DNA of 64,000 nt, from contig VRMN01000015.1 of the NCBI GenBank assembly GCA_008690995.1, positions 62,001 to 126,000 on the forward strand, in the 5' to 3' direction. A program made the translations under genes and the position numbers. Each line of letters starts with the position of its first letter. Within the stretch, counting starts at the first letter, position 1. Positions 48,796 through 58,635 of this stretch are shown one piece after another. Source of the DNA: Porphyridium purpureum. Taxonomy: Eukaryota. The notes under the pieces are model-generated. The model did no database searches. It saw only the letters and a program-made list of their open reading frames with translations, and was not told the origin of the DNA.

Positions 48796-49323
48796 ATAGG
48801 AGAGCCGGACGCTCGGGGGCGAGACGGGCGCGCGAGAGAACTTGAGCGTCAATGCGCGCTGCAGCTTTGTGAGAGAGGCGTAGGGTGCTCTTGCCGAACC
48901 GGCTTTGCGCGCTTCGATGTTCAGCCGGTAGAAGAAGCTCATTCTGATGCTTGCTTGTTATAGAAGAATTTTGTGTATTCATGTTTGTTTACCAGGGTCC
49001 CGCGAGACCCAGGATACCGGTCATGAAAGGCTGTCCGTAGGTGCTTGTTCAAATTGTGGTTCTTCTCTTGCTGTGCCCGCATTTTGGCTTGTGCACGGCT
49101 GAGCCCGAGGGTCCACATCGGGTGAGGCACGCGTTGAAACGCATTCTCGTTTGTACGCACGTAGAACCCACACAGAACAGAATGGAACTGGCCACTATGT
49201 GCAAGTCCCTTACTTCCAAGGACACCTACGCGCGCTGTTCTTTTCTCGGTCAAATTGAAGCCCAGGCGCAAGCGCAGAATCCATGAGGCAGGAACCGATC
49301 ATTTTAGTGAGCGTGAGTTCTAC

Positions 49324-50832
49324 CTACACAAGCTGGCGCCTCTCGAATTGCACTGTGCAGGGAGGGCTCGGGCCAACAACGAGCGCGTCGTGTTGAATGG
49401 TGGGCAGCGCGCCAACCGCGCGCATGTCGAAGTTCCGGAGCATCACGGACCATAGTGTCTTCACCTGGAGGTATGCAAACTGCTCGCCCATGCAGCCATG
49501 TCGACCGCCACCAAACCCAACATAGGCAAACGCCGCCTTCTTGTCCTCTGAACGAGGAGGCGCGAAGCGGTCGGGATCCCACGCCTCGGGATTCGAGAAC
49601 ACCGTTTGATCCTTCCCGGACACAGACGGAGACAGAAACAGATAGTCGCCGACTGGCACCACAAAATCTTTGAAATGCAGCTCCTTGAGCACCAGGCGAA
49701 TCAAGAAAATCAGAGGCGGGTACATGCGGAGCGTCTCCTTCATGCAGTTATGAAGGACGTCCATTTTGCTGAGCGTCTCGAAATTGATTTCTGCGCCATA
49801 CTCGGCAATAATGCGGCGCTGCTCGTCGAGGACTTTTTCTAGCATCGCCGGTGAGCGCAGCAACCGCATACCTAGCCACGTCGATGTGATGGACGACGTG
49901 TGCTGACCGGCAAAAATGGCGGCGATCAGGAGCCCGCAAATTTCGTCGTCGCTGAGCCGCGTGCCATCGCGATAGACGGCGTCCAAGAAACTCTGCAACA
50001 TGTCCGGCTCGGGCGGAGTATTCGCATTGGCAGACTTGCGCCGGCCGTCAATGACCTGCTTGAAAATGCGCTTGAACTCGGTGTGGGCCGCGTCACGTTT
50101 GCGATGGCTTGCAATGGGCAAGTAGGGTGCCATTACGCTGATCGGCTGCATACCCTGGTCTAGTTCGTGGATGAGAAATGAGACTTTGGCAAACATTTGC
50201 TCCCGCACTTCGCGACCCAGCAGACAGCGCGACGCGGTCATGACGATCAGCTCGCTGAGCTTATCGAAGAGATCGATGCTGCCCGACTGTGGGAGCTGGC
50301 CAAACGCCTGCTCTGCCTCCATGACCATGAGGGGCACGTAACTCTTGAGTTTCTCGGCGCGCAACGCTTGGGACAACCAGCGGAACTGCTGGTAGCGAGT
50401 TTCCAGCGGCGCGTCATAGACGACTTCCTGACCAAACACCGGCACGGAAAAGGAGTACACCTCTGTCTGGTCGAGCTCCTCATCCGAGCCGCGGCAGAAG
50501 ATCTCGTGCGCTTCTGGTCCCACGCAAAAGGTGAATCGCTTGTGCGCGATGGGCACCGTGAAGAGCTCGCCACACTGCCTATGCGCGGCGGTCACAATCT
50601 CCAGCGGGTCGCGAATGAAGCGCATGAGATTCGACACGTACGGAACGCCCGCCATGTACACCGGCGGGCGCGCCGCTGCGTCGCCCTTCCACGCGGCGTG
50701 ACCGCCCATCCACGCGTACTGCATGAGCGTCGAGACGGTCAGAATCAGCGCCAGCACGCCCACAGCGACCCACCCGATCGATTCTGGATCGCCGGCTTGC
50801 GCCGCGCTCCACAACGCACGCGCGCTCTCCAT
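49324..50832 (-). CDS. CYP51: Sterol 14-alpha-demethylase (cytochrome P450 family 51)
   Basis: N-terminal TM; YSFSVPVFGQEVVYD; FAGQHTSS; KETLRMYPP (ExxR); WDPDRF; FGGGRHGCMGEQFAYLQ heme motif. Confidence 0.97.
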   Translation of the reverse strand: MESARALWSAAQAGDPESIGWVAVGVLALILTVSTLMQYAWMGGHAAWKGDAAARPPVYMAGVPYVSNLMRFIRDPLEIVTAAHRQCGELFTVPIAHKRFTFCVGPEAHEIFCRGSDEELDQTEVYSFSVPVFGQEVVYDAPLETRYQQFRWLSQALRAEKLKSYVPLMVMEAEQAFGQLPQSGSIDLFDKLSELIVMTASRCLLGREVREQMFAKVSFLIHELDQGMQPISVMAPYLPIASHRKRDAAHTEFKRIFKQVIDGRRKSANANTPPEPDMLQSFLDAVYRDGTRLSDDEICGLLIAAIFAGQHTSSITSTWLGMRLLRSPAMLEKVLDEQRRIIAEYGAEINFETLSKMDVLHNCMKETLRMYPPLIFLIRLVLKELHFKDFVVPVGDYLFLSPSVSGKDQTVFSNPEAWDPDRFAPPRSEDKKAAFAYVGFGGGRHGCMGEQFAYLQVKTLWSVMLRNFDMRAVGALPTIQHDALVVGPSPPCTVQFERRQLV

Positions 50833-51894
50833 CGCTACAGCGCCTCACCCCAGTCCGTCCAATCGATTCCCTCTCCCTCAAACCTTGCTGCGTCTCTCTC
50901 ACCCTCCCTTTCCCTCACCCCCACGCATCGCACCAACTCAACTAGTGCGCCGCCATTTGCATAGTCAAGCGCGCTGCGTTCCTATCAAACCGCGCGCGAG
51001 CCACACACTTCGCATGGACCACTGTACCTTAATCCCAACCGTTTACTGTACCACCACACCCCGCTGTGTACACTGTGGAAGTACAGTGTACCAGTGTAAG
51101 CATGCTTTCGTTTTTCTTGTGTTGAGGGCTGAAAGCGTGCGGCTCCGAGGAATCAACCGTACAGGCACAGACGCTCGGTTACCGTTTGATCCCCAAGCCC
51201 CAACAAGTGCAGGCGGCGCAGCTCTCCTCCGATCGCTCGCTCGCGTGCGCGCGCTTCCGGAGTTCCTCGATATCGCGCGGTCTCTTGTTCTGGCGCCGGC
51301 TCGCTGCATCGCCCATGGCGTGCGCTCCTACCCTGATTCGTTATTGTTATCGGTTCGGTTCACCCGGCGCGATTCCCAACTGTCGCGCGGGTGTACAGTG
51401 AAACGACTGCGGAACTGTACCGTTGTTTGGCACACGCGGCAGCGCGTCGCGGCGGCTTGTATGAAATCGGGATGATTTAGTATGGAACACGCGCAGTCCT
51501 GGCTTTTGTAAGAAAAGGCGATTAGAGAGAAGGAGAGAGAGCGCGAGAGAGACAAGAAGGGAAGAAGGCGGCGTGTGTGTGTGTGTGTGCATGCATGCAT
51601 GCATGTTTAGAGGTGGGGACGCCAAGGGAGGGTGTGGGGGGAGTGAAACAGGGAGCGAGGGGCACGCGGTGCGGGCCCGGCGAATGGTGGTGGTGGGAGA
51701 CCGTGTGGCTCGGCGAGGTCGGCGTGAGTGGGTGTGTGGGCTGCTGAGTGTGTGGGCGTGACAGAGAGCATAGACGGAGCATAACGGGTGGATTGGGAAA
51801 GACGCGCATCTGGTACGAGCGCGTGCAGTAGACCGCGCGGCAGCTGGGTTGTTCTGTTGTGTTGCGTGCGCGCCCGGCGGGTTGCCCGGAAGGC

Positions 51895-54800
51895 ATGGAG
51901 AGGAAGAAGTTCAGCTTGATTGACGACCAGGCGTCGGATGATGACGACGACGACGCGGGCCTGGACGAAGAGATCGACACGGCGCTCGCGGCAAAGCAAG
52001 GCAGGGCGAAGAAGCGCGGCAAGGGCAAAGTGCGGCGTGGCGTAGCTTCGGATGAGGAACCTGAGGAGTCGGACAATGAAGATGACAATAATGTGGGATC
52101 AAAGGGCGACGACGAGGCCGCCGACTCGTCGGATGACGACGACGAGAAGCTGAACGAGTACGAGAAGGACGATTTCATGGTCGACGACGACGAAGAAGGC
52201 GAGGAGGAGGAGCACCGCAAGCACCGACGTCGCGAGCGCAAGAAACGCAAGCGTGAGCTCGACGAAGAGCTCGCGGATGAGGATCTCGAGCTCCTGCGTG
52301 AAGCCGGTGTCGAGGTGAAGCGCAAGTCGCGCTTGCGCCGCCTGAAGCGCGACGATGACGGCGACGATGATGATGACGAGCGTGTCATCGATGGGCTGTA
52401 TGGCGACGACGAGGACGATGGCTCAGACTCGGATTCACAACCAAGGCGACGCGGCAAAATTCGCGAGGATGTGGATGATTCGGAGTCGGAAGACGGCCTG
52501 GACGATTTTATCGTGTCTGCCTCGCGCAAGAAAAGCCGCCAGCGGCGAACGAAGAAGAAGGAGAAGCTTCGAAGCAGATTGGCTGCTGCAGGCCGCGCAG
52601 GATCGACCAAGACGGGGAAAACGCGCGAGGCGGAAGAGTATGATTCTGACGAGAGTCTGGGCGCGGAAGATCGAGCGCGGCAGATGCGTAAAAGGTATTT
52701 GCTGTTTGGAGACGGTCAGCGCGACGTGGAAAGTTACAAGGGCAACAGGAAATTTTTCGATCGCGACAGCGCGCTTGAGGCGTTGCGTGAACAGGGCGTT
52801 GACCAGAGCCTCCTGGATAAGGTGGCCGCGGTACGGGAAAATTCGCAGGACGAGGGACTTGAAGAAGAAGAAGAACTCAGCGACAGGGCGCGTGAGCGGC
52901 GAGCAAAAGAGCTTGAACATCGCGAGCGGCAGAAGCGTCGCGAGGATTTGAAAAAGTACGTCGCCAAACTTGGTCAACAGCGCGGCGTGTCGTTGGCGGA
53001 AGATGGTGAAAATCAAATGGACGTCGCGCGTGAAGATGGCGACGAGGCAGCAGACCACGCCGATGACATTGAGGAGGAGACGCTCGGCTTACCTTCGCTG
53101 GCGGTAGATGTGAACGTGATGAGCGAACGCTTTCTGACGCCCGCAGACAATAGAATCCGCACGCAGGATGAGCCGGAGTACCTGCAAGAGCATTGGCGAG
53201 CGTTGGGCTCGCGGGAATTTCGCCACAAGACCAAGCAAGAGTGCGAGTACGCCGCGGAATGGATATATGAGCAGGCGTTCTATCGTGACACATTTCTGCT
53301 CTCGCAGGAGCGCGCGGAGGGAGAACTTGTTTTGGAAGAGCGAAAGATGCGCATGATCTCTGCAATAGCTGAAGTACTTTATTTTGTTCACGTTGATAAG
53401 CTGGATATTCCGTTCATCGCTATATATCGCGCACAGAGCGTGTATCCAGAACTTCTTGTGGATTTGCGCGACAAGCAGCAGTGGGCAGAAATTGAAAACG
53501 AGCGGCGACTCTTGCAGAATGTGAGCCTTGGAGGAACAGAGCCAGGTTCAAATTTGGGTTTGTTCTTTTCGCCGCCAGACCCGAACCGCACGAGCTGGAG
53601 ATCGTTGTGGCTGATTTTGGAATGGGATGTACAGTGGTGGCAGCTGCAGCGTGTTAAAGACGACTGTCTGCGCCAGATTCAGGCCAGTGCGCGGCTCGAG
53701 CTTTTCGGACAAGACGACGAGGGAGAGAAAGAGCGCATGCGCCAATGTGCGATAAAAGCTGATCAAGTGTACTTGATCCACGATCTGCAGCTTGCACTAC
53801 GTTGTCGCGCAGATGCAAAGAGACCGAGCATTGGTACGGGCGGCGACTCTCGGGGTGATTCTTTATCTGTGCCGCAGCGCCGCCGTCCTCGCAGAAAGAG
53901 CGAATATGCGGAGTGTGCCAAGTTTGGCTTGCTCGAAGTGCTGAAGTACTTTGGCTTGTCCGCCGCCCAGCTTGCGGAAAATCTAATGAACAACATCAAC
54001 TACCACTCGATTTCGCTGCCGGAAGAGGTAGATTTGATGGGCACACTGCAGACCCCTGAAGAAGTTATTTTTGACTGGCTCGTCGCACATCCGAATAGCT
54101 TTTCTCTCCCCACTTTGAAGGAGGAGGACCGGTGGAACGCGTTGCACACTAGTTTGGAGATTCAAAACAGTGACCCGAAGGCCGCGATACCGAGCAAAGT
54201 TGTGGAGCGAGTGCTCAATCATCTCGTTGAAGCGATTTCTGTCGAATTCGCGTCGGATGACCGCATTGCCGGCTTCATCCGGTCCGAGTTGTTGCGAAAC
54301 ATGGACCATGATTTGTGGTTATCGTCGGTACCGACCGAGCTAGCTCGAAGTGAAATTCGCAATCACCATCCTCTGCGGCCTTACGTAAGCATTGCGCAGG
54401 TGCCCAGCGGGCTCGTGCGGCAGACGTACACGTTCGCGTCCATGTTGTACGCTGAGAGCGAAGGATATTGCGAGATCGTGATTGAAATTGATCCTTATCG
54501 GCTTGAACAGCTGAGTGCGGAGCTTCGGAAGAGCTTTCAGGTGGCATCAGATCCTATGGTCTTTAGTCAACTGGAGCGTCTGGGCATGGATGCAGTCGCA
54601 GCTTCGCAGCGATGGGATTTGTTGCGGATCCAGGCTTTGAAAGCGACTCAGGAGAAGGTCGTGAAACGCGTCCTCGAGGAAATGAAGGCGATGCTTGCGG
54701 TGGAGTCAAAATTAGAACTCAAGTCCAGCGTAACATCTGACGCATTTCGGGTATATAACGAGAAGCCGGTTCGCTGCAAGGAAGATGACAAGGACATGGC

Positions 54801-57800
54801 GCCTCGCGTACTGTCTTTAGTTTTGATTGACGAGGAAGAGATGCAAAAGGTGGAACGTGAGACTAGGAGCATGTCGGTTGGGCCAGTGCGACGTGAGCGT
54901 GGCCAGTACGTGCATGCGGTTGCGGTGGACGCGGATGGCGTCGTTTTGCATGACGAGCACTTTTATGTTGGGTCACTGTTTCGCGGACGGTATCAAAATA
55001 AGGTAGATCACTATAATCAAGAAAGGCCACTAGGTGGCCATGACGAGAATGGCCCCAAGCTCGCCAGACAGTGCCCGGGCTTTCTTGCGCGCTTCGAAAG
55101 CCTCCTCGCGTACACACGACCATCAGTGATTAGTATTGGCTTGAATCGAGGAGGTACAAATGTGATGAACCTCAGAACGTATGTGTGCGACATCTTGATC
55201 GGAATCTTGAAGAACGAGGGCCCCAAAAAGGCTGGAGCTGAGGTGTTTCAAAGCTTGGAAGGAGTCAGTAAGAGCAGCTCGCAGGGACACCGGGAAGCAG
55301 AATCTTTGGCTAAGAATAAGTTGGAGCGGTTTGCATTTGAAGAATACGGGAAGGAAGCAAAATTAATGGAATATCTTGTCGGACAAGGACACGTGGTAGT
55401 GGTGGATGACATTCCGGCACGGCTTTACGCCGACTTAAAATCGACAATCCGGGCGCTGCCGGACACAAGTTCGGTGTACAGGCGCGCCGTTGGCCTGGCA
55501 CGGTTTGTGCAGGAGCCTGTGCACGTGTATGCCACTTTGCTGTCTGCGACGTCGGGCAAGACTGTGTTCAACAAGACTGCTGCTTTGAGCTTTTCACTCA
55601 AGCTTCCGCTGGGGGAAACGCAGTTTTACCTGTCCAAAACGGAGCGACGTGACGCGCTACGTCGCGGCATGATGCAGTCGGTCGCTCAGCTGGGTGTGGA
55701 TATCAATAGGTTACTCAAGTATGAGCATATGCGGCCCTTGCTGGAGTTCGCGGCCGGACTGGGCCCGCGCAAGGCTGCAATGGTCATGCAGGCGCTCGAG
55801 TTGGGCCTTGTTGCGCATTCAAACAAGGAGAACAACCCTGCGTCCGGCTCGCTCGCGCGCGAATTTGCCGGTGAAGCTGTTGCGGATCGCAAGCAGCTGA
55901 TAAAGCGCGTAGGACTGAACAAGATTGTGTTCCAGAACGTGGCCGGCTTTATCCGCGTTCGCGATCCGGAGACTTGTGTTGGTGGCGGGACGCAAGAGAG
56001 CCGCCAGAAGCGGAAAGAGCGCTTGCGTAGACGGCAGCGAAAAGGCTCGGCGGTTTCTGCTGAGGACGAATGGGATCCTCTTGAAGACACTCGAATTCAT
56101 CCGGAGCAGTACCACACTGCATTGAAGATATGCAAGGAAGCGCACGACGATAATCAAGGCGGAAGCGGAAAGAGTAAGCGGGAGATTGATGCGGTGGAAC
56201 ATTTGCTGGAGGTGATGAACGACCCTAATAGCATGAGTTCTCTGGATTTGAGGTCATACGCGGCTATACTTGAAAATGCTGGGCGGGGTCCCACATGGTT
56301 CACTACGCAGATGGTCGTGTCGGAACTGAAGGATCCTTTCCACGACCACCGGCGCCCGTACGCAGACGAACTGGATGATACTCACGCCGCGGACGCTCAG
56401 GACGACCGGGCACAAAATCAAGATCGGGGAGGCGAGTCCAAGTATCGCGCCATCAATCCTTGTGCAAAGCGGCGATTTTATATCATTTGTGATGCGACTG
56501 AGACACAGATCAATGAGCGCTCGCTCCTCGCGGCGACGAGGCTCCGCGTGACGAAGGGCAGAAACTGTGGTTTGGCATGTTCGCTTATGCACGACCTACA
56601 GGGCTTCATTCCTCGCGAAAATGTGCCGGTCGAGCCGCCGCCAAATGAGGATGAAAATCAGTGGCTCGAAAAGCTGCATGGCTTTGTCAGCGCTCACGAT
56701 TCCTTGCCTGTCCTTGTGGAGAAGATTGACTATGAGCGCATGTTTCTGCGCCTCACTGCGCAAGTTGAACAATTGAAGAAATTTGTGGGACAGGAGGATC
56801 CCGCGATTTTCGAGAAATGGACGTTTACGCGGCCGTACGAAGACGATGTTGCGCGCGCGGCAGGGCTGGCAGCGCAAGGCAGTGTCGTCCCTACGATGAC
56901 TGAGGCGCAGATGGTGAGCGAGCAGGTCCGAAACCATCCTAACTACAAGGAGGCGTACTCACGCAGCCAGGTCGAAATGCTGCTTCGTCGCGGGCCGACC
57001 GCGGCGGGTACCGTTCTCGTGATCTGGTGCGGCGGCAGACCAGGTGACATTCGTATCTCTCATGCTTATTCAGACACTGTCGCTGGCGGTGAAGGCGGTC
57101 TGCAAACGTACATTGTTCACCTTCGCGTGACTGAAAAGGAGATGGAGAATATTCCAGGCGTATACACGTACGTAACGCAGGATGACATTCCATACAACAG
57201 CATGGAAGCGCTTCTCGAAACCGAAGTTGACACGGTACAGGATTTCTTTATCTTGGCATCGCAGCATCGCAAGTTTGTACGCGGCGGTGAGACAGCCCTC
57301 GCAAATCGGGTACGCGAGGAAAAGCGTGTCGCCCAGAATAAGCGCATAATTCCGTACGGCGTTGCGTATTCGCAATTCCCGGGATATCTCGCCCTATTCT
57401 ACATCGCACCGCCTTCGAACCAGCTCATCAGAGAGGTTGTGAGAGTTACTCGGAACGGCTTTCAATTCCGAAACCGCAATGTGGTCTTCCCGGATCTGGA
57501 CGAACTGTTTAGCTGGTTTAAGCGCCACTACAAGGAGGGCGCCCCAGACTCTTTGACTGGAGTGGCGTCGGCGGGAGCTGCAGCAGTTGGCATTACCCGT
57601 CCGCGCTCTAGGTCGGGCACACCGGGAGCGGGAGGAGCCTCGGGGTCGCGTCCAGGCACACCTGGACGCCCCACTACGCCCAATCGGCCTATGACGCCAG
57701 GCCGACCGATGACGCCAGGCCGACCGATGACGCCAGGCCGACCGATGACGCCAGGTCGATCAGGCCGCCCAATGACACCCGGCAGGCCAATGACACCTGG

Positions 57801-58332
57801 TCGGCCAATGACACCTGGTCGGCCGATGACACCTGGTCGGCCAATGACACCTGGTCGGCCGATGACACCTGGTCGGCCGATGACACCCGGCAGGCCAATG
57901 ACACCAGGGAGGCCAATGACACCTGGCCAGTCAGTGCAGGTGATGGCTTCTGGTCTCGTTCGTGCCACAGCAGGGAACCACGGGACATCGATGGCTGGTG
58001 GAATGGATATGGCCGGTTCGATGCGTATGGATGGTGGTGTGCACGCACCTAATCGGGGCGGGTTAGCCCGCGGCTGGGACGCAGACTCTGTGATGGTATC
58101 TCATGAACTGAATGTTCTGGAGAACCGAGAGAATGCCCCCGAACCTGCGTACCGTGGGCGGGACGCGTACGCTCCGCCGCGCGGCCGCGATGGCGCGGCG
58201 CGCGGTCACGGCGCTCGCACCGGAGACGGGCGCAGCGGACAAGCGGGCGCGGGTGTGGAATGGCGCGGACAGAAACCCGTGCCGCAGTGGATGAAGGAGA
58301 AGCAGGAACGTGAGCGCGCCAACCAGCAATGA
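51895..58332 (+). CDS. SPT6: Transcription elongation factor / histone chaperone SPT6 with C-terminal repeat tail
   Basis: Acidic N-terminus (EYEKDDFMVDD, LADEDLELLRE); DIPFIA.YR; AVGLARFVQEP; GVDIN; GLGPRKA (HhH); VFQNVAGFIRV; PLEDTRIHPE.Y; S1-like and tandem SH2-like region (IPYGV..SQFPGY, GFQFR...FPDLDELFSWFKRH). Confidence 0.95.
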   Translation: MERKKFSLIDDQASDDDDDDAGLDEEIDTALAAKQGRAKKRGKGKVRRGVASDEEPEESDNEDDNNVGSKGDDEAADSSDDDDEKLNEYEKDDFMVDDDEEGEEEEHRKHRRRERKKRKRELDEELADEDLELLREAGVEVKRKSRLRRLKRDDDGDDDDDERVIDGLYGDDEDDGSDSDSQPRRRGKIREDVDDSESEDGLDDFIVSASRKKSRQRRTKKKEKLRSRLAAAGRAGSTKTGKTREAEEYDSDESLGAEDRARQMRKRYLLFGDGQRDVESYKGNRKFFDRDSALEALREQGVDQSLLDKVAAVRENSQDEGLEEEEELSDRARERRAKELEHRERQKRREDLKKYVAKLGQQRGVSLAEDGENQMDVAREDGDEAADHADDIEEETLGLPSLAVDVNVMSERFLTPADNRIRTQDEPEYLQEHWRALGSREFRHKTKQECEYAAEWIYEQAFYRDTFLLSQERAEGELVLEERKMRMISAIAEVLYFVHVDKLDIPFIAIYRAQSVYPELLVDLRDKQQWAEIENERRLLQNVSLGGTEPGSNLGLFFSPPDPNRTSWRSLWLILEWDVQWWQLQRVKDDCLRQIQASARLELFGQDDEGEKERMRQCAIKADQVYLIHDLQLALRCRADAKRPSIGTGGDSRGDSLSVPQRRRPRRKSEYAECAKFGLLEVLKYFGLSAAQLAENLMNNINYHSISLPEEVDLMGTLQTPEEVIFDWLVAHPNSFSLPTLKEEDRWNALHTSLEIQNSDPKAAIPSKVVERVLNHLVEAISVEFASDDRIAGFIRSELLRNMDHDLWLSSVPTELARSEIRNHHPLRPYVSIAQVPSGLVRQTYTFASMLYAESEGYCEIVIEIDPYRLEQLSAELRKSFQVASDPMVFSQLERLGMDAVAASQRWDLLRIQALKATQEKVVKRVLEEMKAMLAVESKLELKSSVTSDAFRVYNEKPVRCKEDDKDMAPRVLSLVLIDEEEMQKVERETRSMSVGPVRRERGQYVHAVAVDADGVVLHDEHFYVGSLFRGRYQNKVDHYNQERPLGGHDENGPKLARQCPGFLARFESLLAYTRPSVISIGLNRGGTNVMNLRTYVCDILIGILKNEGPKKAGAEVFQSLEGVSKSSSQGHREAESLAKNKLERFAFEEYGKEAKLMEYLVGQGHVVVVDDIPARLYADLKSTIRALPDTSSVYRRAVGLARFVQEPVHVYATLLSATSGKTVFNKTAALSFSLKLPLGETQFYLSKTERRDALRRGMMQSVAQLGVDINRLLKYEHMRPLLEFAAGLGPRKAAMVMQALELGLVAHSNKENNPASGSLAREFAGEAVADRKQLIKRVGLNKIVFQNVAGFIRVRDPETCVGGGTQESRQKRKERLRRRQRKGSAVSAEDEWDPLEDTRIHPEQYHTALKICKEAHDDNQGGSGKSKREIDAVEHLLEVMNDPNSMSSLDLRSYAAILENAGRGPTWFTTQMVVSELKDPFHDHRRPYADELDDTHAADAQDDRAQNQDRGGESKYRAINPCAKRRFYIICDATETQINERSLLAATRLRVTKGRNCGLACSLMHDLQGFIPRENVPVEPPPNEDENQWLEKLHGFVSAHDSLPVLVEKIDYERMFLRLTAQVEQLKKFVGQEDPAIFEKWTFTRPYEDDVARAAGLAAQGSVVPTMTEAQMVSEQVRNHPNYKEAYSRSQVEMLLRRGPTAAGTVLVIWCGGRPGDIRISHAYSDTVAGGEGGLQTYIVHLRVTEKEMENIPGVYTYVTQDDIPYNSMEALLETEVDTVQDFFILASQHRKFVRGGETALANRVREEKRVAQNKRIIPYGVAYSQFPGYLALFYIAPPSNQLIREVVRVTRNGFQFRNRNVVFPDLDELFSWFKRHYKEGAPDSLTGVASAGAAAVGITRPRSRSGTPGAGGASGSRPGTPGRPTTPNRPMTPGRPMTPGRPMTPGRPMTPGRSGRPMTPGRPMTPGRPMTPGRPMTPGRPMTPGRPMTPGRPMTPGRPMTPGRPMTPGQSVQVMASGLVRATAGNHGTSMAGGMDMAGSMRMDGGVHAPNRGGLARGWDADSVMVSHELNVLENRENAPEPAYRGRDAYAPPRGRDGAARGHGARTGDGRSGQAGAGVEWRGQKPVPQWMKEKQERERANQQ
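57649..57927 (+). repeat. Coding 18-bp tandem repeat encoding RPMTPG x13 plus 2 degenerate units
   Basis: Counted directly: RPGTPG, RPTTPN, 4x RPMTPG, RSG, 9x RPMTPG. Confidence 0.97.
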
Positions 58333-58635
58333 GGCCACGCGCGTCGCGGTAGATCCCCCCACAATTAAAATGACGCGGGAAAGAACTCGAATTTCTCTCC
58401 GAAAATCAAGCAGCCAAAGATTCACGCCGCAAAGTTGAGCTGTGCGAACGCCGCGCGCCGACAGACTGTGCGGTGCGCAGCCAGCGCGTCCGCAGCCGCG
58501 CTGCGCTGTGTGCAGGGCCCTTTGCACTCCGCCACGCTCGACGCCTGACCGAGCGCTGCGCTGCTGCCAGAACCTCCGTCACTGCTGTTGCCGCCACCGC
58601 TGGTGCTGTGGCTGGTGTTACGAAGTCTTTGTGTC

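Noticed and set aside
48939..49286. Short ORFs between the 3' LTR and the CYP51 stop, including a CSNCG fragment
   Set aside because: Interrupted by stops with no convincing family motif; may be CYP51 3' UTR.
51522..52610. 362-aa Ser-rich minus-strand ORF
   Set aside because: Antisense shadow of the Asp/Glu-rich SPT6 N-terminus.
57649..57927. 18-bp tandem repeat as a CRISPR-like or non-coding array
   Set aside because: No spacers; it is in frame within SPT6 and varies only at synonymous positions.
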